Positions 30,299-40,537 are shown, counted from the first letter of the stretch. The stretch: DNA of 64,000 nt from Candidatus Bathyarchaeota archaeon (GCA_963733095.1 CAVTBV010000012.1:384001-448000); one strand, 5' to 3'. Notes: generated from the letters alone by a model not told the origin. Translations and numbers: made by a program.

Positions 30299-31750
30299 TT
30301 AGACGTTATTTCTGGATTGTTTGAAGAGTTCTGCAATATATCCGTTGACGGTTTTTTCGTGGTTTTTCGCGATTCTTTTTACAGCGTCATTTATTCCTGT
30401 GGAGTATTGCACAGCTTTTTTTGGTTTCTCCGACATTAAACTGGACATTCCGACATTCAAAGCCATCTGTCTTAGCACAAGCTTCCGCCGTGTGTCGGTT
30501 TTATTCTCGATCTTCAAATCAACAGGCAAACTCATCGCAAACGCTGCCAAATCAAAGGAGCCAAAAGGCACTCGCAACTCGACATCGTGGAAACTGGTGA
30601 TTTTTAAGTCACGCTCAAGGTTTCTCTCATGAATCCTGACAACATCATCAAACATTGTTTTCCTTACTTTTTCGTTTCCATCCTTGCAGAATTCGTTAAC
30701 GTAGCGTTGGTAGCCGCCGAACAATTCATCCGCGCCCTGCCCAGCCAACATCACCTTAAAACCTGCCTCAGCCGCCTTCTCTGAAACCCAATAAAACGGC
30801 ACTCCAATACTTGCCTTAACTGGGTCAGGTTCCTCGATTAGCTCAACAACTTTAGGCAAAGTTTTTTCCACGTCAGAATCCTTAAACAAATCCACCTGCA
30901 AGGGCAAATTCAACGCCTCTGCAGCTTCGATGGCATCTTCGGTTTCCTCTTGATTCTCTAAACTCACATGAAACAGGTTAACTTTTATTCCGCATTTGTT
31001 TGCCAAAAAAGCCACTAAACTACTGTCCAACCCTCCTGAAAACGCGACCGCAACTTCCTTTAAGCCGAGCACTCGCCGCTTAATTGACCCTGTGAGTAGA
31101 ACTTGGAGCTGTTTGGCGGCTTCATCCATTGTTATGGGTTTGGGTTCTGTGGGAGATAGGGTTTTGATTAGTTTGAATTTGAAGCCTTCTTTGTTAACGA
31201 AAGCAAGGTTGCCGGGAGAAAAAGAGAGCGGGTTTTCTATTCCGAGTTTCCAGAGGGCTTTTCGGTTTGTGGCAAAAGCGGCCACGTCTCTGTTTTCGCC
31301 AAAGTAGAGAGGTTGAACTCCGATTGGGTCTCTTCCTGCGGCAACCCAGCCTTCTTTTAGCATAAGGAACATGTAGACTCCATCTGCTTGCTCCATCAAG
31401 GTTTGCAAAGTAGCTTCACAGTGAAGCGGTTCCTTGGCAATCTGTTCCGTAACAGCGTTTTTTGGGACTGACGAATACACTCTGCCTTCGAATAAAAGCG
31501 AGGTATCATCCAACTGCAAATGTTCATAGTCATTTGACGATTTGGGTTTTGAGGTAACGTAGCCTGCGACGGTTGATGATTTTAAGCCCTGTTTTCTTAT
31601 GATTTCAACGTTTTTCTCAAACAGGCTTTTCTTTGGTGTAATTAACCCAAAACGCGGTGGCGCGAAAACATCCAACGAGTTTAACAAGTTAAGTACCCTT
31701 TCAACTGCGCTATCGCCGTTTTTATCTAAAACTGCAAGTGTAACTTTCAT
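30299..31750 (-). CDS. Asparagine synthetase B-like protein with degenerate glutaminase domain
   Basis: RDPIGVQPLY, FSGGLDSS, GQGADELFGGY and KKAVQYSTG; no N-terminal Cys. Confidence 0.85.
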   Translation of the reverse strand: MKVTLAVLDKNGDSAVERVLNLLNSLDVFAPPRFGLITPKKSLFEKNVEIIRKQGLKSSTVAGYVTSKPKSSNDYEHLQLDDTSLLFEGRVYSSVPKNAVTEQIAKEPLHCEATLQTLMEQADGVYMFLMLKEGWVAAGRDPIGVQPLYFGENRDVAAFATNRKALWKLGIENPLSFSPGNLAFVNKEGFKFKLIKTLSPTEPKPITMDEAAKQLQVLLTGSIKRRVLGLKEVAVAFSGGLDSSLVAFLANKCGIKVNLFHVSLENQEETEDAIEAAEALNLPLQVDLFKDSDVEKTLPKVVELIEEPDPVKASIGVPFYWVSEKAAEAGFKVMLAGQGADELFGGYQRYVNEFCKDGNEKVRKTMFDDVVRIHERNLERDLKITSFHDVELRVPFGSFDLAAFAMSLPVDLKIENKTDTRRKLVLRQMALNVGMSSLMSEKPKKAVQYSTGINDAVKRIAKNHEKTVNGYIAELFKQSRNNV

Positions 31751-31844
31751 GCCTCATCAACCCAACGCTACTTGCATTGTGTTAGTGCATTGGTAAAACA
31801 TTAATCTTTAATCTGCATAACCTTAGCTTTGAGGTTACAAATAC

Positions 31845-33182
31845 TTGCCTATCCTGCCAATCGATACTGGTCGTTATGGAACGCCAGACATTCTCAAGAT
31901 TTTTGAAGAAGAAACCCGCGTCCAGAAGCTGCTCGATGTTGAAGCTGCTTTAGCTTTAGCGCATGCTGAAGTAGGAAACATATCAAGGAAGGATGCTGAA
32001 AAAATCGCTTCCATGGCTTCTACAAAATATGTTAAGGTTGAGCGTGTGAAGGCTATTGAGAAGGAGATTAAGCACGACATTGCCTCGCTGGTCCGTGCAT
32101 TATCAGAGGTTTGTGGGTCAAGTGGCGCCTACGTCCACCTTGGGGCAACAAGCTACGACATAGTGGATACAGCCAACGCATTACAACTCAAAGACGCTTT
32201 AAATGTAATTGAGAAAAAACTTTGCGATTTCAAAGTTGTCTTGCAAAAGCAAGCGCTCCAGCATAAAAACACAGCCATGATTGGCAGAACCCACGGGCAA
32301 CATGCCTTACCCATTACTTTGGGCTTCAAGTTTGCAGTCTGGGGATACGAAATCAACAGGCACATAGAGCGCTTAGAAGAGTGCAAGAAACGGGTTTTAG
32401 TTGGAAAAGTGAGCGGTGCCGTGGGCACACAGGCTGGTTTAGGCGAGCATGCGGAGCAGATTCAGGAGCTTGTTATGAAAAGGCTGGGTTTACAGGCGGC
32501 TGAAATTTCCACACAAATCGTTCAGAGAGACCGCTACGCTGAACTTGTTTGCATTTATGCATCAATTGCTTCTTCGCTGGAGAATTTCGCAACCGAAATC
32601 CGTGAATTACAACGCCCCGAAATTAGCGAGCTCTTCGAATCTTTTGAAGCTAAAAAACAGGTCGGCAGCTCCACAATGCCACACAAGCAAAACCCCGAGA
32701 CTTGCGAGCGAGTATGCGGTTTGGCTCGAATTGTCCGAAGCCTCAGCACTCCCGCATTGGAGGATATGGTTACGTGGCATGAACGCGACTTAACCCAGTC
32801 CTCAGCTGAACGGTTCATTCTTCCAGAGTCAAACATACTGCTCGATTACATCCTTACCCTAATGTGCAACATTATTGCTAGCCTGCGTGTTGACAGCGAA
32901 CGGATGCTGCAGAACCTCTCGTTGACTCAGGGACGTGCAATGTCGGAGCCAGTAATGATGGCGCTGACCAAGAAGGGCGTTAACAGGCAGGAAGCCCATG
33001 AAATGCTCAGAAAACTAACCATCCAAAGCGCACTGGAGAAGAAGGAGTTCAAGCAAATACTCATGGAAGACAAGTTCATCGGCGGCAAACTGAGTGAAAA
33101 AGAAATCGACCTAGCAATAAACCCAAAAAACTATTTGGGCACTGCGGTTAAACAGGCAGAGAGGTTCGCGAAGAGCGTTTAG
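31845..33182 (+). CDS. purB: Adenylosuccinate lyase
   Basis: HLGATSYD, GRTHGQHA and GSSTMPHKQNP. Confidence 0.97.
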   Translation: MPILPIDTGRYGTPDILKIFEEETRVQKLLDVEAALALAHAEVGNISRKDAEKIASMASTKYVKVERVKAIEKEIKHDIASLVRALSEVCGSSGAYVHLGATSYDIVDTANALQLKDALNVIEKKLCDFKVVLQKQALQHKNTAMIGRTHGQHALPITLGFKFAVWGYEINRHIERLEECKKRVLVGKVSGAVGTQAGLGEHAEQIQELVMKRLGLQAAEISTQIVQRDRYAELVCIYASIASSLENFATEIRELQRPEISELFESFEAKKQVGSSTMPHKQNPETCERVCGLARIVRSLSTPALEDMVTWHERDLTQSSAERFILPESNILLDYILTLMCNIIASLRVDSERMLQNLSLTQGRAMSEPVMMALTKKGVNRQEAHEMLRKLTIQSALEKKEFKQILMEDKFIGGKLSEKEIDLAINPKNYLGTAVKQAERFAKSV

Positions 33183-35476
33183 AAATCAAACAAGCCTTTC
33201 TGCGCCGCCTCATCTGACGCCGCCGCGGCCTTATCCAAGTTTTCCCACTCATCCTTCTTGACATAGCCGCCGACTTGCTCCTTGATTTTCTTGGCAAGCC
33301 TTGGCCCAACAGAAGGCAGGTTGGTTAGTTCTTCGGTGGAGGCGTGTTTGAGGTCTGGGATTGTTTGGTATCCCGCGTTGAATATTATGCGTCCGCGGAC
33401 TCTACCGACGCCTTCCAGCGCCACAATGGGTAATAGTTCGCGTTTTATACCTTTAGAAACCCGCTCGACCAGTTCATGGCTTAGAGTGGAAACCTCTTTG
33501 TTTTTGGCAACACAGGGCGTTAATTCGTCTGTGGCGTGCAAAAGCCACTTGGCAGTCTCGATTGTTCGGTAGAGGTCGCCTGGCTGAACATTGAAGCGTT
33601 CAATGATTTTTTCTTCCGGCAACTCTTCAATCCAATTGTTCATAACCATAGCGGTTTTGATTTCGCCTAAAAACTCGGCGTAGCCGATGTGGTCGCTCCA
33701 CTGGTCAGGCGGTTCCATGAATAATTCTTGTTTGTGGTCTTCAGTTTGGACAGCTAACTTGTCCATTTCCCGCTGGTAGGGCCTCATTATTGGACCCATA
33801 TCGGGTGTATGGGAGACCAAATGGAGCAGACTGAACTCTGTTAAAAGGGGCGGTTTACTCTGCAGCGCATCCCTGATGATTACTCCTGAGAGAGGGTCAA
33901 TGTAGAGTTCGCTTATACGCTTACCAAATTTAGTGGCAAGGATATGGTCACCTACAACAAGAATCATTTCTTCCTCATGCAGGAAACGCAGGATTTTGTC
34001 GATTATGGTTTTGATGGCTTTCACATCGAATTGGTAGGCGTAGAAAGTTTTACCAAAAAACTCGTAGATGCCCCGCTCAGTGTCAGCAAAGCCTGAGGCA
34101 ATCGTTGAGAGCACATGGGTGCGGATGATTCTCTCCACAGCTAGGCGAGACCAGATTTTCTCTGTTTTTGCTAACACATAGTTTTCCATGAGGAAGTCGG
34201 CTTCGTCAGCGGTTTTTGCGATAAGTACTGATTCGCCGAATTTGTCGTATTTTGGTCTTCCAGCTCTGCCAGCCATTTGCTTGTAGTCCAAGACGCTTAT
34301 GGGGTAGTTGCCTAGCCCAGCTTCAAAACGCCTGTAGTCTTGGATGATGACTGTTCTTGCAGGAAGGTTAACGCCCCAAGCCAACGTTGGAGTCGCGGTT
34401 AAAACCTTGATTTTTCGCTCTTTAAACGCGTCTTCGATTATTTTACGATGAGCCCCTGACAACCCAGCGTGGTGATAGGCTGTGGCGCAGCGAACCAACT
34501 CAGCAAGCTCATCGCTCATTCCAGTGCGTTCACCAACATCGAGGATTTTCTTTGCTTCTGCTTCGAGAACGTTCCTTGTTTTTTCTTCCAATGATTGTTT
34601 AACCAGTTTTGAGCCCGATTTAGGATAGAGTGCCTTGTCCATGTGGGTTGCAACAGTTTTAGCCGCTGAAACGGCGTTACGTCTTGTGGAAGCAAAAATC
34701 AGGGCTTGCCCCCCGCTCTTGAGCGTGTCCAAAACCATGTTTATAACGGTTAGGCGGGTTTCCTGCTCCACTTTCCTTGAAGAGCCATCCTTGTACTGCA
34801 CTTCGGCTTGGAGTATGACGCCCTCTTTTAGATTAATGGGGCGCCATTCCGTGACGATGTATTTTGCGTTGAGCCACCCTGCGATTTCATCAACGTTATT
34901 GATGGTAGCGCTTAGGGCTAAAATTTGGATGTGGAGGTTAACCTGCAAGAGTCTTGCGAGCACAATTTCGAGGGTTGGTCCACGTTCAGCCTCGTTTAAG
35001 AGGTGAACTTCGTCGGCAACTACCAGAGAGATGGTGTCCATCCATTTGGCGCGGTGCCGCAAAAGAGAATCCGCCTTCTCATTAGTTGTAACGATGACGT
35101 CGTAGCGTTCAAGCCAATTGTCCGCGCTGTCAAAGTCTCCTGTACTTATGCCCACAGAAACCTTGCTACCATCCGCTTTCCTGATAGAAGTGTATTTTTT
35201 GAAATCCTCAAATTTCTCACTCGCCAACGCACGAAGCGGAGAGAGGTAGATAACTTTTCCATGGTTATCAAGAATATGTTTTAGGGCGCAAAGCTCTGCG
35301 ATCAAGGTTTTGCCTGAAGCCGTGGGACTAGCCAGAACTATGTTTTGTCCGTCCAGCACTCCCGCCCGTATGGTATCTTCTTGAGGTGGAAACAACTCCG
35401 CAATCCCCAAGCCAAGCAGGACTTCTTTGACGGGTTCTGGAACGGGCAACTCTGCAATCTTCACGGTATTCGCCAT
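33179..35476 (-). CDS. hel308: Ski2-like DNA helicase Hel308
   Basis: PTASGKT, DEVH, SAT, QMAGRAGRP and a C-terminal HhH. Confidence 0.93.
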   Translation of the reverse strand: MANTVKIAELPVPEPVKEVLLGLGIAELFPPQEDTIRAGVLDGQNIVLASPTASGKTLIAELCALKHILDNHGKVIYLSPLRALASEKFEDFKKYTSIRKADGSKVSVGISTGDFDSADNWLERYDVIVTTNEKADSLLRHRAKWMDTISLVVADEVHLLNEAERGPTLEIVLARLLQVNLHIQILALSATINNVDEIAGWLNAKYIVTEWRPINLKEGVILQAEVQYKDGSSRKVEQETRLTVINMVLDTLKSGGQALIFASTRRNAVSAAKTVATHMDKALYPKSGSKLVKQSLEEKTRNVLEAEAKKILDVGERTGMSDELAELVRCATAYHHAGLSGAHRKIIEDAFKERKIKVLTATPTLAWGVNLPARTVIIQDYRRFEAGLGNYPISVLDYKQMAGRAGRPKYDKFGESVLIAKTADEADFLMENYVLAKTEKIWSRLAVERIIRTHVLSTIASGFADTERGIYEFFGKTFYAYQFDVKAIKTIIDKILRFLHEEEMILVVGDHILATKFGKRISELYIDPLSGVIIRDALQSKPPLLTEFSLLHLVSHTPDMGPIMRPYQREMDKLAVQTEDHKQELFMEPPDQWSDHIGYAEFLGEIKTAMVMNNWIEELPEEKIIERFNVQPGDLYRTIETAKWLLHATDELTPCVAKNKEVSTLSHELVERVSKGIKRELLPIVALEGVGRVRGRIIFNAGYQTIPDLKHASTEELTNLPSVGPRLAKKIKEQVGGYVKKDEWENLDKAAAASDEAAQKGLFDF

Positions 35477-35592
35477 AAATTCGGGTTATTTGAATACTAT
35501 GGGTTTGGGCGAGTTATTAGAGTTTTATTGTGTAGCGATGATTTTTTCGCCTGTTGAGTCGTGCTCTACGCAAAAAAGTTGACCGACTTTTT

Positions 35593-35620
35593 AAAAAAAA
35601 GAAGAGTAAGATAGCTCTTC
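35593..35620 (-). terminator. Hairpin plus U-tract terminator
   Basis: GAAGAG/CTCTTC stem followed by T8 on the minus strand, just after the stop of the DUF1508 gene. Confidence 0.6.
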
Positions 35621-35626
35621 TTTGTC

Positions 35627-35800
35627 TTAGGCAGTTTGGTCTTTGATTGCTGCGAAAACTGCGCTGCTCATTATGCAGTCTATGCCGTTCATGCAACCCT
35701 GCTTGGTCTCGTATACTTCGCTAACTGCAACTACTTCACCGTTTGCCGCTTTGAAACGCCAGTAAAATTTCCCATTTATAGTATTTCTTATTTCAAACAT
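35627..35800 (-). CDS. YegP/DUF1508 (UPF0339) family protein, 57 aa (absent from ORF track)
   Basis: MFEIRNTINGKFYWRFKAANGEVVAVSEVYETKQGCMNGI matches the family pattern F.WR.KA.NG..IA.SE.Y. Confidence 0.88.
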   Translation of the reverse strand: MFEIRNTINGKFYWRFKAANGEVVAVSEVYETKQGCMNGIDCIMSSAVFAAIKDQTA

Positions 35801-36057
35801 TGCAGCTATGTCGTGTCACCATGCGTTTATTTTCTGAAGTGCTATTAATATTTAATTTAATTCAGGGTGTTCTGTTTTATCCATTGATAATGTTTTAAAC
35901 ACAAATCTTTACATTCCAATACCATTGACTGATATTTCTCCGCTTTAACTTTGAATTACGAAAACTGCGTTTACCAAGGAGTTACTTCGTGGCTAGGTTT
36001 TTTTACTTGAACTGGATACTAGCAAGGTAGAACTAGTTATATGTCCCAAAAAATTAG

Positions 36058-37293
36058 GTGGATACTGTTATGGTTGAAAACGTGAAAGAGCTCCTCAAAC
36101 TGCATGAGGGTATTACGCATGAAGTTTACTTAGACAATGAAAACAGCTGCGTTGTTCCCCAAGAAGTAGTAGAGGCAATGCTGCCATACTTCAACAAGAC
36201 TGCATACGGCAACCCCACGCTTACACACAAGCCCGGCTGGGAAGCATTCGAAGTCATAATGAATTGTTTTCAAAAAATCAGCAAGTACATAGGCGCAAAA
36301 ATGCTCGAAGAAATCACATTTACACCCAGCGAAACCGAAGCCAACAACTTAGCAATCATGGGCTCATGCTTTGCACACAAAAGTAAGGGCAAAAAAATTG
36401 TAATTTCAGAAATCGAACCAATCAATGTGCTTCAGGTTGCCGAAATGATGGGGAAATTCGGTTTCTCAACTACCAAAATCCCCGTAGACCACGAAGGCTT
36501 CATCAACCTTGAAAGACTAAAAGAAGCCATCGACAACGAAACCTTACTTGTCAGTATATCAACTGTAAACAACGAGCTTGGAACAATCCAACCGATTAAA
36601 GAAGCTGTTGACATCGTTAAAGCCAAAAACCCCCAAACCCTATTCCACACCGACGCTTCCGACGCGTACGGCAGAATACCCTTAAACGTGCAAGACCTAA
36701 AAGTTGACTTAGCCACAGTGAGCAGCTACAAGATTCAAGGTCCAAGAGGAATGGGCGCTATGTACCTGAGAGATGGCGTAAACATGGAACGCATCCTCGA
36801 AGGACAAATCGGAACCCAAAAACTCTGGCCCGGAGTCGAAAACACCCCGTTAATTGTTGGCTTCACCAAAGCCTCCGAACTTGCTTTTGAGAACTTCGAA
36901 GCGAACACCGCCAAGATGCGTATGCTCCGCGACAAACTCGCAGATGGCATATTTGCTGAACTAAATGACCTTCGGTTTAACGGTCCAAAAGGCGACAAAC
37001 GCTCACCCGACAACGCAAACATCAGCATTCTTAGGGCGGAAGGAGAAGCATTAACAATTGAACTCAGCCTCAAAGGCGTCTATGTTTCCAGCGGAAGCGC
37101 ATGCAGCAGAAGACTCTTGCAGCCCAGCCACGTTCTTATCGCCATCGGACGTATATTCGAGGAAGCCCACGGCAGCATACTCATGAAAGTTACCCGCAAC
37201 CAAACAGAAGAAGATATAGCTTACGTTCTTAGTGTTTTACCTACAGCTGTCAACCGTATTAGAGGGATAGTTGGCTCAACAGGAGTGCACTAG
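36058..37293 (+). CDS. IscS/NifS-like protein with degenerate PLP site
   Basis: Group I fold (YLDN, NNELG, HTDA, YKIQGP, SSGSAC) with several substituted PLP and substrate residues. Confidence 0.85.
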   Translation: MDTVMVENVKELLKLHEGITHEVYLDNENSCVVPQEVVEAMLPYFNKTAYGNPTLTHKPGWEAFEVIMNCFQKISKYIGAKMLEEITFTPSETEANNLAIMGSCFAHKSKGKKIVISEIEPINVLQVAEMMGKFGFSTTKIPVDHEGFINLERLKEAIDNETLLVSISTVNNELGTIQPIKEAVDIVKAKNPQTLFHTDASDAYGRIPLNVQDLKVDLATVSSYKIQGPRGMGAMYLRDGVNMERILEGQIGTQKLWPGVENTPLIVGFTKASELAFENFEANTAKMRMLRDKLADGIFAELNDLRFNGPKGDKRSPDNANISILRAEGEALTIELSLKGVYVSSGSACSRRLLQPSHVLIAIGRIFEEAHGSILMKVTRNQTEEDIAYVLSVLPTAVNRIRGIVGSTGVH

Positions 37294-37295
37294 AT

Positions 37296-37811
37296 ATGTC
37301 ACGCATACCCTTACCATACAACCCAAAAGTCATGGACTTATTCCAACACCCCAAGAACCTTGGAAAAATGGAAGATGCAACCGTCGTCGCAGTCGCAGGT
37401 AACCCTGCATGTGGAGACATGATAACCTTCTATTTAAAAATCGATGAAATAAAACAAGTAATCATAAAATCAAGTTTTGAAAGCTACGGATGCGCCGCAA
37501 ACATAGCCACATCAAGCATAGTCACTGAAATGATAAAAGGCTTAACACTTGAAAACGCATGGAACGACATAACCTGGAAAAGAGTCACTGAAGAAATCGG
37601 CGGATTACCAAGCGTCAAATTCCACTGCGGGGTTCTCGCTGTCGGTGCGTTGAAAAGAGCGATAAGACAGTATTTTACCCAAAAAAATGTCGAGCCGCCA
37701 AGCTGGTTGCCAAAAGAACACACCTTTGAAGAAAAGCAGGCGTTAGAAGAAGAAGAACTGGCAAAAACGCTCTCTAAGAGGCTAAAACCTGAGGCAGAAA
37801 AAAAATCATAG
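37296..37811 (+). CDS. iscU: Fe-S scaffold IscU/NifU
   Basis: GNPACGD, GCA and KFHC; acidic C-terminal extension. Confidence 0.93.
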   Translation: MSRIPLPYNPKVMDLFQHPKNLGKMEDATVVAVAGNPACGDMITFYLKIDEIKQVIIKSSFESYGCAANIATSSIVTEMIKGLTLENAWNDITWKRVTEEIGGLPSVKFHCGVLAVGALKRAIRQYFTQKNVEPPSWLPKEHTFEEKQALEEEELAKTLSKRLKPEAEKKS

Positions 37812-37813
37812 AT

Positions 37814-39040
37814 ATGCAGGTAATCAGGCAAGACTTCCCTATTTTAAACCGCAAAGTGAACGGCAACCCCCTAATCTACTTTGACAACGCCGCAACTACC
37901 CAGAAACCCCGCCAAGTCATAGACGCAGTAACAGATTTCTACGAAAACCACAACGGCAACGTCCACCGCGCCGTCCACTCCCTATCACTGGAAGCAACCG
38001 ACCTCTACGAGAAGGCACGGGAAAGAATCGCTAAATTCATCGACGCAAAACAACCCAGTGAAGTTATTTTTGTCAGGGGCACAACCGAAGCCATCAACTT
38101 GGTTGCATATTCCTGGGGACTAAACATCCTAAGCAAAGGTGACGAGGTTTTGGTTTCTTTGATGGAGCACCACAGCAACATTGTTCCATGGGAAATAACT
38201 GCCAAACTGAAAGGCTTCACTATCAAGTACGCCAAAATCAACCCTGATGGCACATTAGATTATGATGATTTTGAAAGTAAACTTTGCAGCAAAACAAAGA
38301 TTGCCTGTCTAAGCCACGTTTCAAACGTCACAGGCGTAATCAATGATGTTAAACGCATAGGCAAAGTAGCCCATGACAACGGTGCTTTAATGCTGGTTGA
38401 CGGCGCCCAGTCGGTTCCACACATGAAGGTTGATGTTCAAGACTTAAACATGGATTTTCTCGCTTTTTCAGGGCACAAAATGCTCGGTCCAACAGGCATC
38501 GGAGTTTTTTACGGCAAGAAGGAAGTTCTGGAAAAGATGCCGCCTTTTCAAGGAGGCGGCGAAATGATTAAAGAAGTTGAGTTTAGCAAAGATCAGGGTG
38601 GCTGCTCTGTTTCGTGGAATGAGTTGCCCTGGAAGTTTGAGGCAGGTACGCCTAACATTGCTGGAGCGGTTGGTTTGGGCACCGCAGTTGAGTACCTTGA
38701 GAAGGTAGGCATGGACAATGTTTTATCTCATGAAAAAGACCTAACAGAGTACGTCGTTGAGAGGATGAAGGAATGTGGCAAAACCACAGTATATGGTCCA
38801 AGCAACCTTTCCAAGAAATTAGGAATCATACCTTTCAGCGTTAAAGGCTTATCTTCCCATGATGTGGCGTTATTCTTTGACAATTATGGCGTTATGATGC
38901 GTAGCGGTTACCACTGTGCACAGCCGCTGCATCAAGTTTTCAAGCTGGAATCTTCCGCGCGGGTAAGCTTCTACATCTACAATACAAAAGATGAAGTTGA
39001 CCGTTTCGTAGAAATCCTAAAGGAGTTTGAGCAGTTCTAA
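37814..39040 (+). CDS. sufS: Cysteine desulfurase, SufS (group II) type
   Basis: DNAATTQKP, EHHSN, DGAQS, SGHKMLGP, EAGT, RSGYHCA and ARVS are all intact. Confidence 0.93.
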   Translation: MQVIRQDFPILNRKVNGNPLIYFDNAATTQKPRQVIDAVTDFYENHNGNVHRAVHSLSLEATDLYEKARERIAKFIDAKQPSEVIFVRGTTEAINLVAYSWGLNILSKGDEVLVSLMEHHSNIVPWEITAKLKGFTIKYAKINPDGTLDYDDFESKLCSKTKIACLSHVSNVTGVINDVKRIGKVAHDNGALMLVDGAQSVPHMKVDVQDLNMDFLAFSGHKMLGPTGIGVFYGKKEVLEKMPPFQGGGEMIKEVEFSKDQGGCSVSWNELPWKFEAGTPNIAGAVGLGTAVEYLEKVGMDNVLSHEKDLTEYVVERMKECGKTTVYGPSNLSKKLGIIPFSVKGLSSHDVALFFDNYGVMMRSGYHCAQPLHQVFKLESSARVSFYIYNTKDEVDRFVEILKEFEQF

Positions 39041-39309
39041 TGGCAACTATCGACGATTATGTGGCTCGAGTCGAAGGAACCTGCGGTGCAGAAAAAGACG
39101 TAATAGTAGTCTTCAAGTACGAGAAGAGGGACGAAGCCATCGCTAACATCCTGAAAAAAGCCACCCTAAAAAACAAGATTGTGGGGATAATTTTTGAGTT
39201 AACATACCAAGACTTCTCTTTTCGGGTCTACTCGAGTGGAAAAGCGATATTTCGAAGCATAAAGAACCGAGAAGAACTAAACAAACTCTTAGCTGACCTG
39301 TTGCTTTAG
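39040..39309 (+). CDS. Small protein with a single Cys, coupled to sufS
   Basis: TAATG stop/start overlap; EGTCG near the N-terminus and VYSSGKAIF near the C-terminus. Confidence 0.8.
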   Translation: MATIDDYVARVEGTCGAEKDVIVVFKYEKRDEAIANILKKATLKNKIVGIIFELTYQDFSFRVYSSGKAIFRSIKNREELNKLLADLLL

Positions 39310-39382
39310 ATGCCAGCTATCGTGCAAACCTATTTTAGCTCACGCAAAGAGTTACTCATGAATAGGTAGGTATGAGCTTAGC

Positions 39383-40537
39383 GTGCGTAAAGTCGGAGTC
39401 TTAAGAGGCCCAAACCTAAACCCATATGAAGGACAATACTTCGAGAAACTAACCAAATATGGGTTTCAACCAATAGGCATAACCACACATGACAAAGAGA
39501 AGCACCTACCAGAAATCACTTTTCCGATAAGAGCGGGACACAACCTACAAACCTTAACTAAAGGCAAACTGAAGCCAATTTTTTCTTTGTTCGGCAGAGC
39601 TACGAAATACAACTTTGAATCCTGGAATCTTCGCGTCATCGGGTTGAATAAACTCGTTAAAGACCTTGACATAATACATTCCGCCGACATTTGGTACCCC
39701 TTCACTTACCAAGCTGTAAAAACAGGCAAACCCACCATAGCAACAGAATGGGAAAACATACCCTTCAACGTTAAGGGCAAACCCTATCTAAAAATCCAAG
39801 AATACAACCGCCAACACGTAACCCACATCATCGCCATCACAAAGAAAGCCAAAGAAGCACTCTTAACCGAGGAAGTTAACCCTGAACGGATTTCAGTGAT
39901 TCCTGCTGGAATAAACTGTGACAGGTTTAAACCAACAGCAAAGACAACGACCAACAGGTTTGGCGTATCTGACAATTCAACAAAAATTCTTTTTGTTGGA
40001 CGGCTCACTCCTGAAAAAGGAATATTTGACCTGCTGAACGCCTTTTCCTTAATGATAAAGAAACATCAAAACATCGAACTCTTAGTTGCAGGCTCAGGCA
40101 CCCAAAAGATGCAGAGGCAAATCACGAAACTTGCTGAAAGCTTAAAAATCCAAAACAAAGTAAAGTTTTTCGGCAGCATAGGCTACTCAGAAATGGCAGA
40201 AATTCACAATTTAGCCGACATTTTCTGTTTACCAAGCGTGGAAACCGACTTCTGGGCTGAACAATTCGGCTATGCCCTTGTGGAAGCTATGGCCTGTGAA
40301 AAACCAGTAGTCTCAACCATCACGGGGTCAATTCCTGAAATTGTTAAGGACGGCGTTACCGGCATTTTGGTTGAACAAAAAAACCCTGTGGCACTTCAGT
40401 TGGCACTTGAAGAGCTGTTGCTTGACAAGAAAGAAAGAGAACAGTTGGGCAGGAATGGGCGCGCATGGGTTCTTGAGGCTTTTGAGGCAAACAAAATTGC
40501 CAAGCAGCTTGCAAGCCTTTATGAACGATTGATTTAA
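39383..40537 (+). CDS. GT4 glycosyltransferase
   Basis: FVGRLTPEKG and EQFGYALVEAMA. Confidence 0.92.
   Translation: MRKVGVLRGPNLNPYEGQYFEKLTKYGFQPIGITTHDKEKHLPEITFPIRAGHNLQTLTKGKLKPIFSLFGRATKYNFESWNLRVIGLNKLVKDLDIIHSADIWYPFTYQAVKTGKPTIATEWENIPFNVKGKPYLKIQEYNRQHVTHIIAITKKAKEALLTEEVNPERISVIPAGINCDRFKPTAKTTTNRFGVSDNSTKILFVGRLTPEKGIFDLLNAFSLMIKKHQNIELLVAGSGTQKMQRQITKLAESLKIQNKVKFFGSIGYSEMAEIHNLADIFCLPSVETDFWAEQFGYALVEAMACEKPVVSTITGSIPEIVKDGVTGILVEQKNPVALQLALEELLLDKKEREQLGRNGRAWVLEAFEANKIAKQLASLYERLI

Noticed and set aside
35636-35848. 70-aa Cys-rich plus-strand ORF
   Set aside because: It is antisense to a clear DUF1508 gene.
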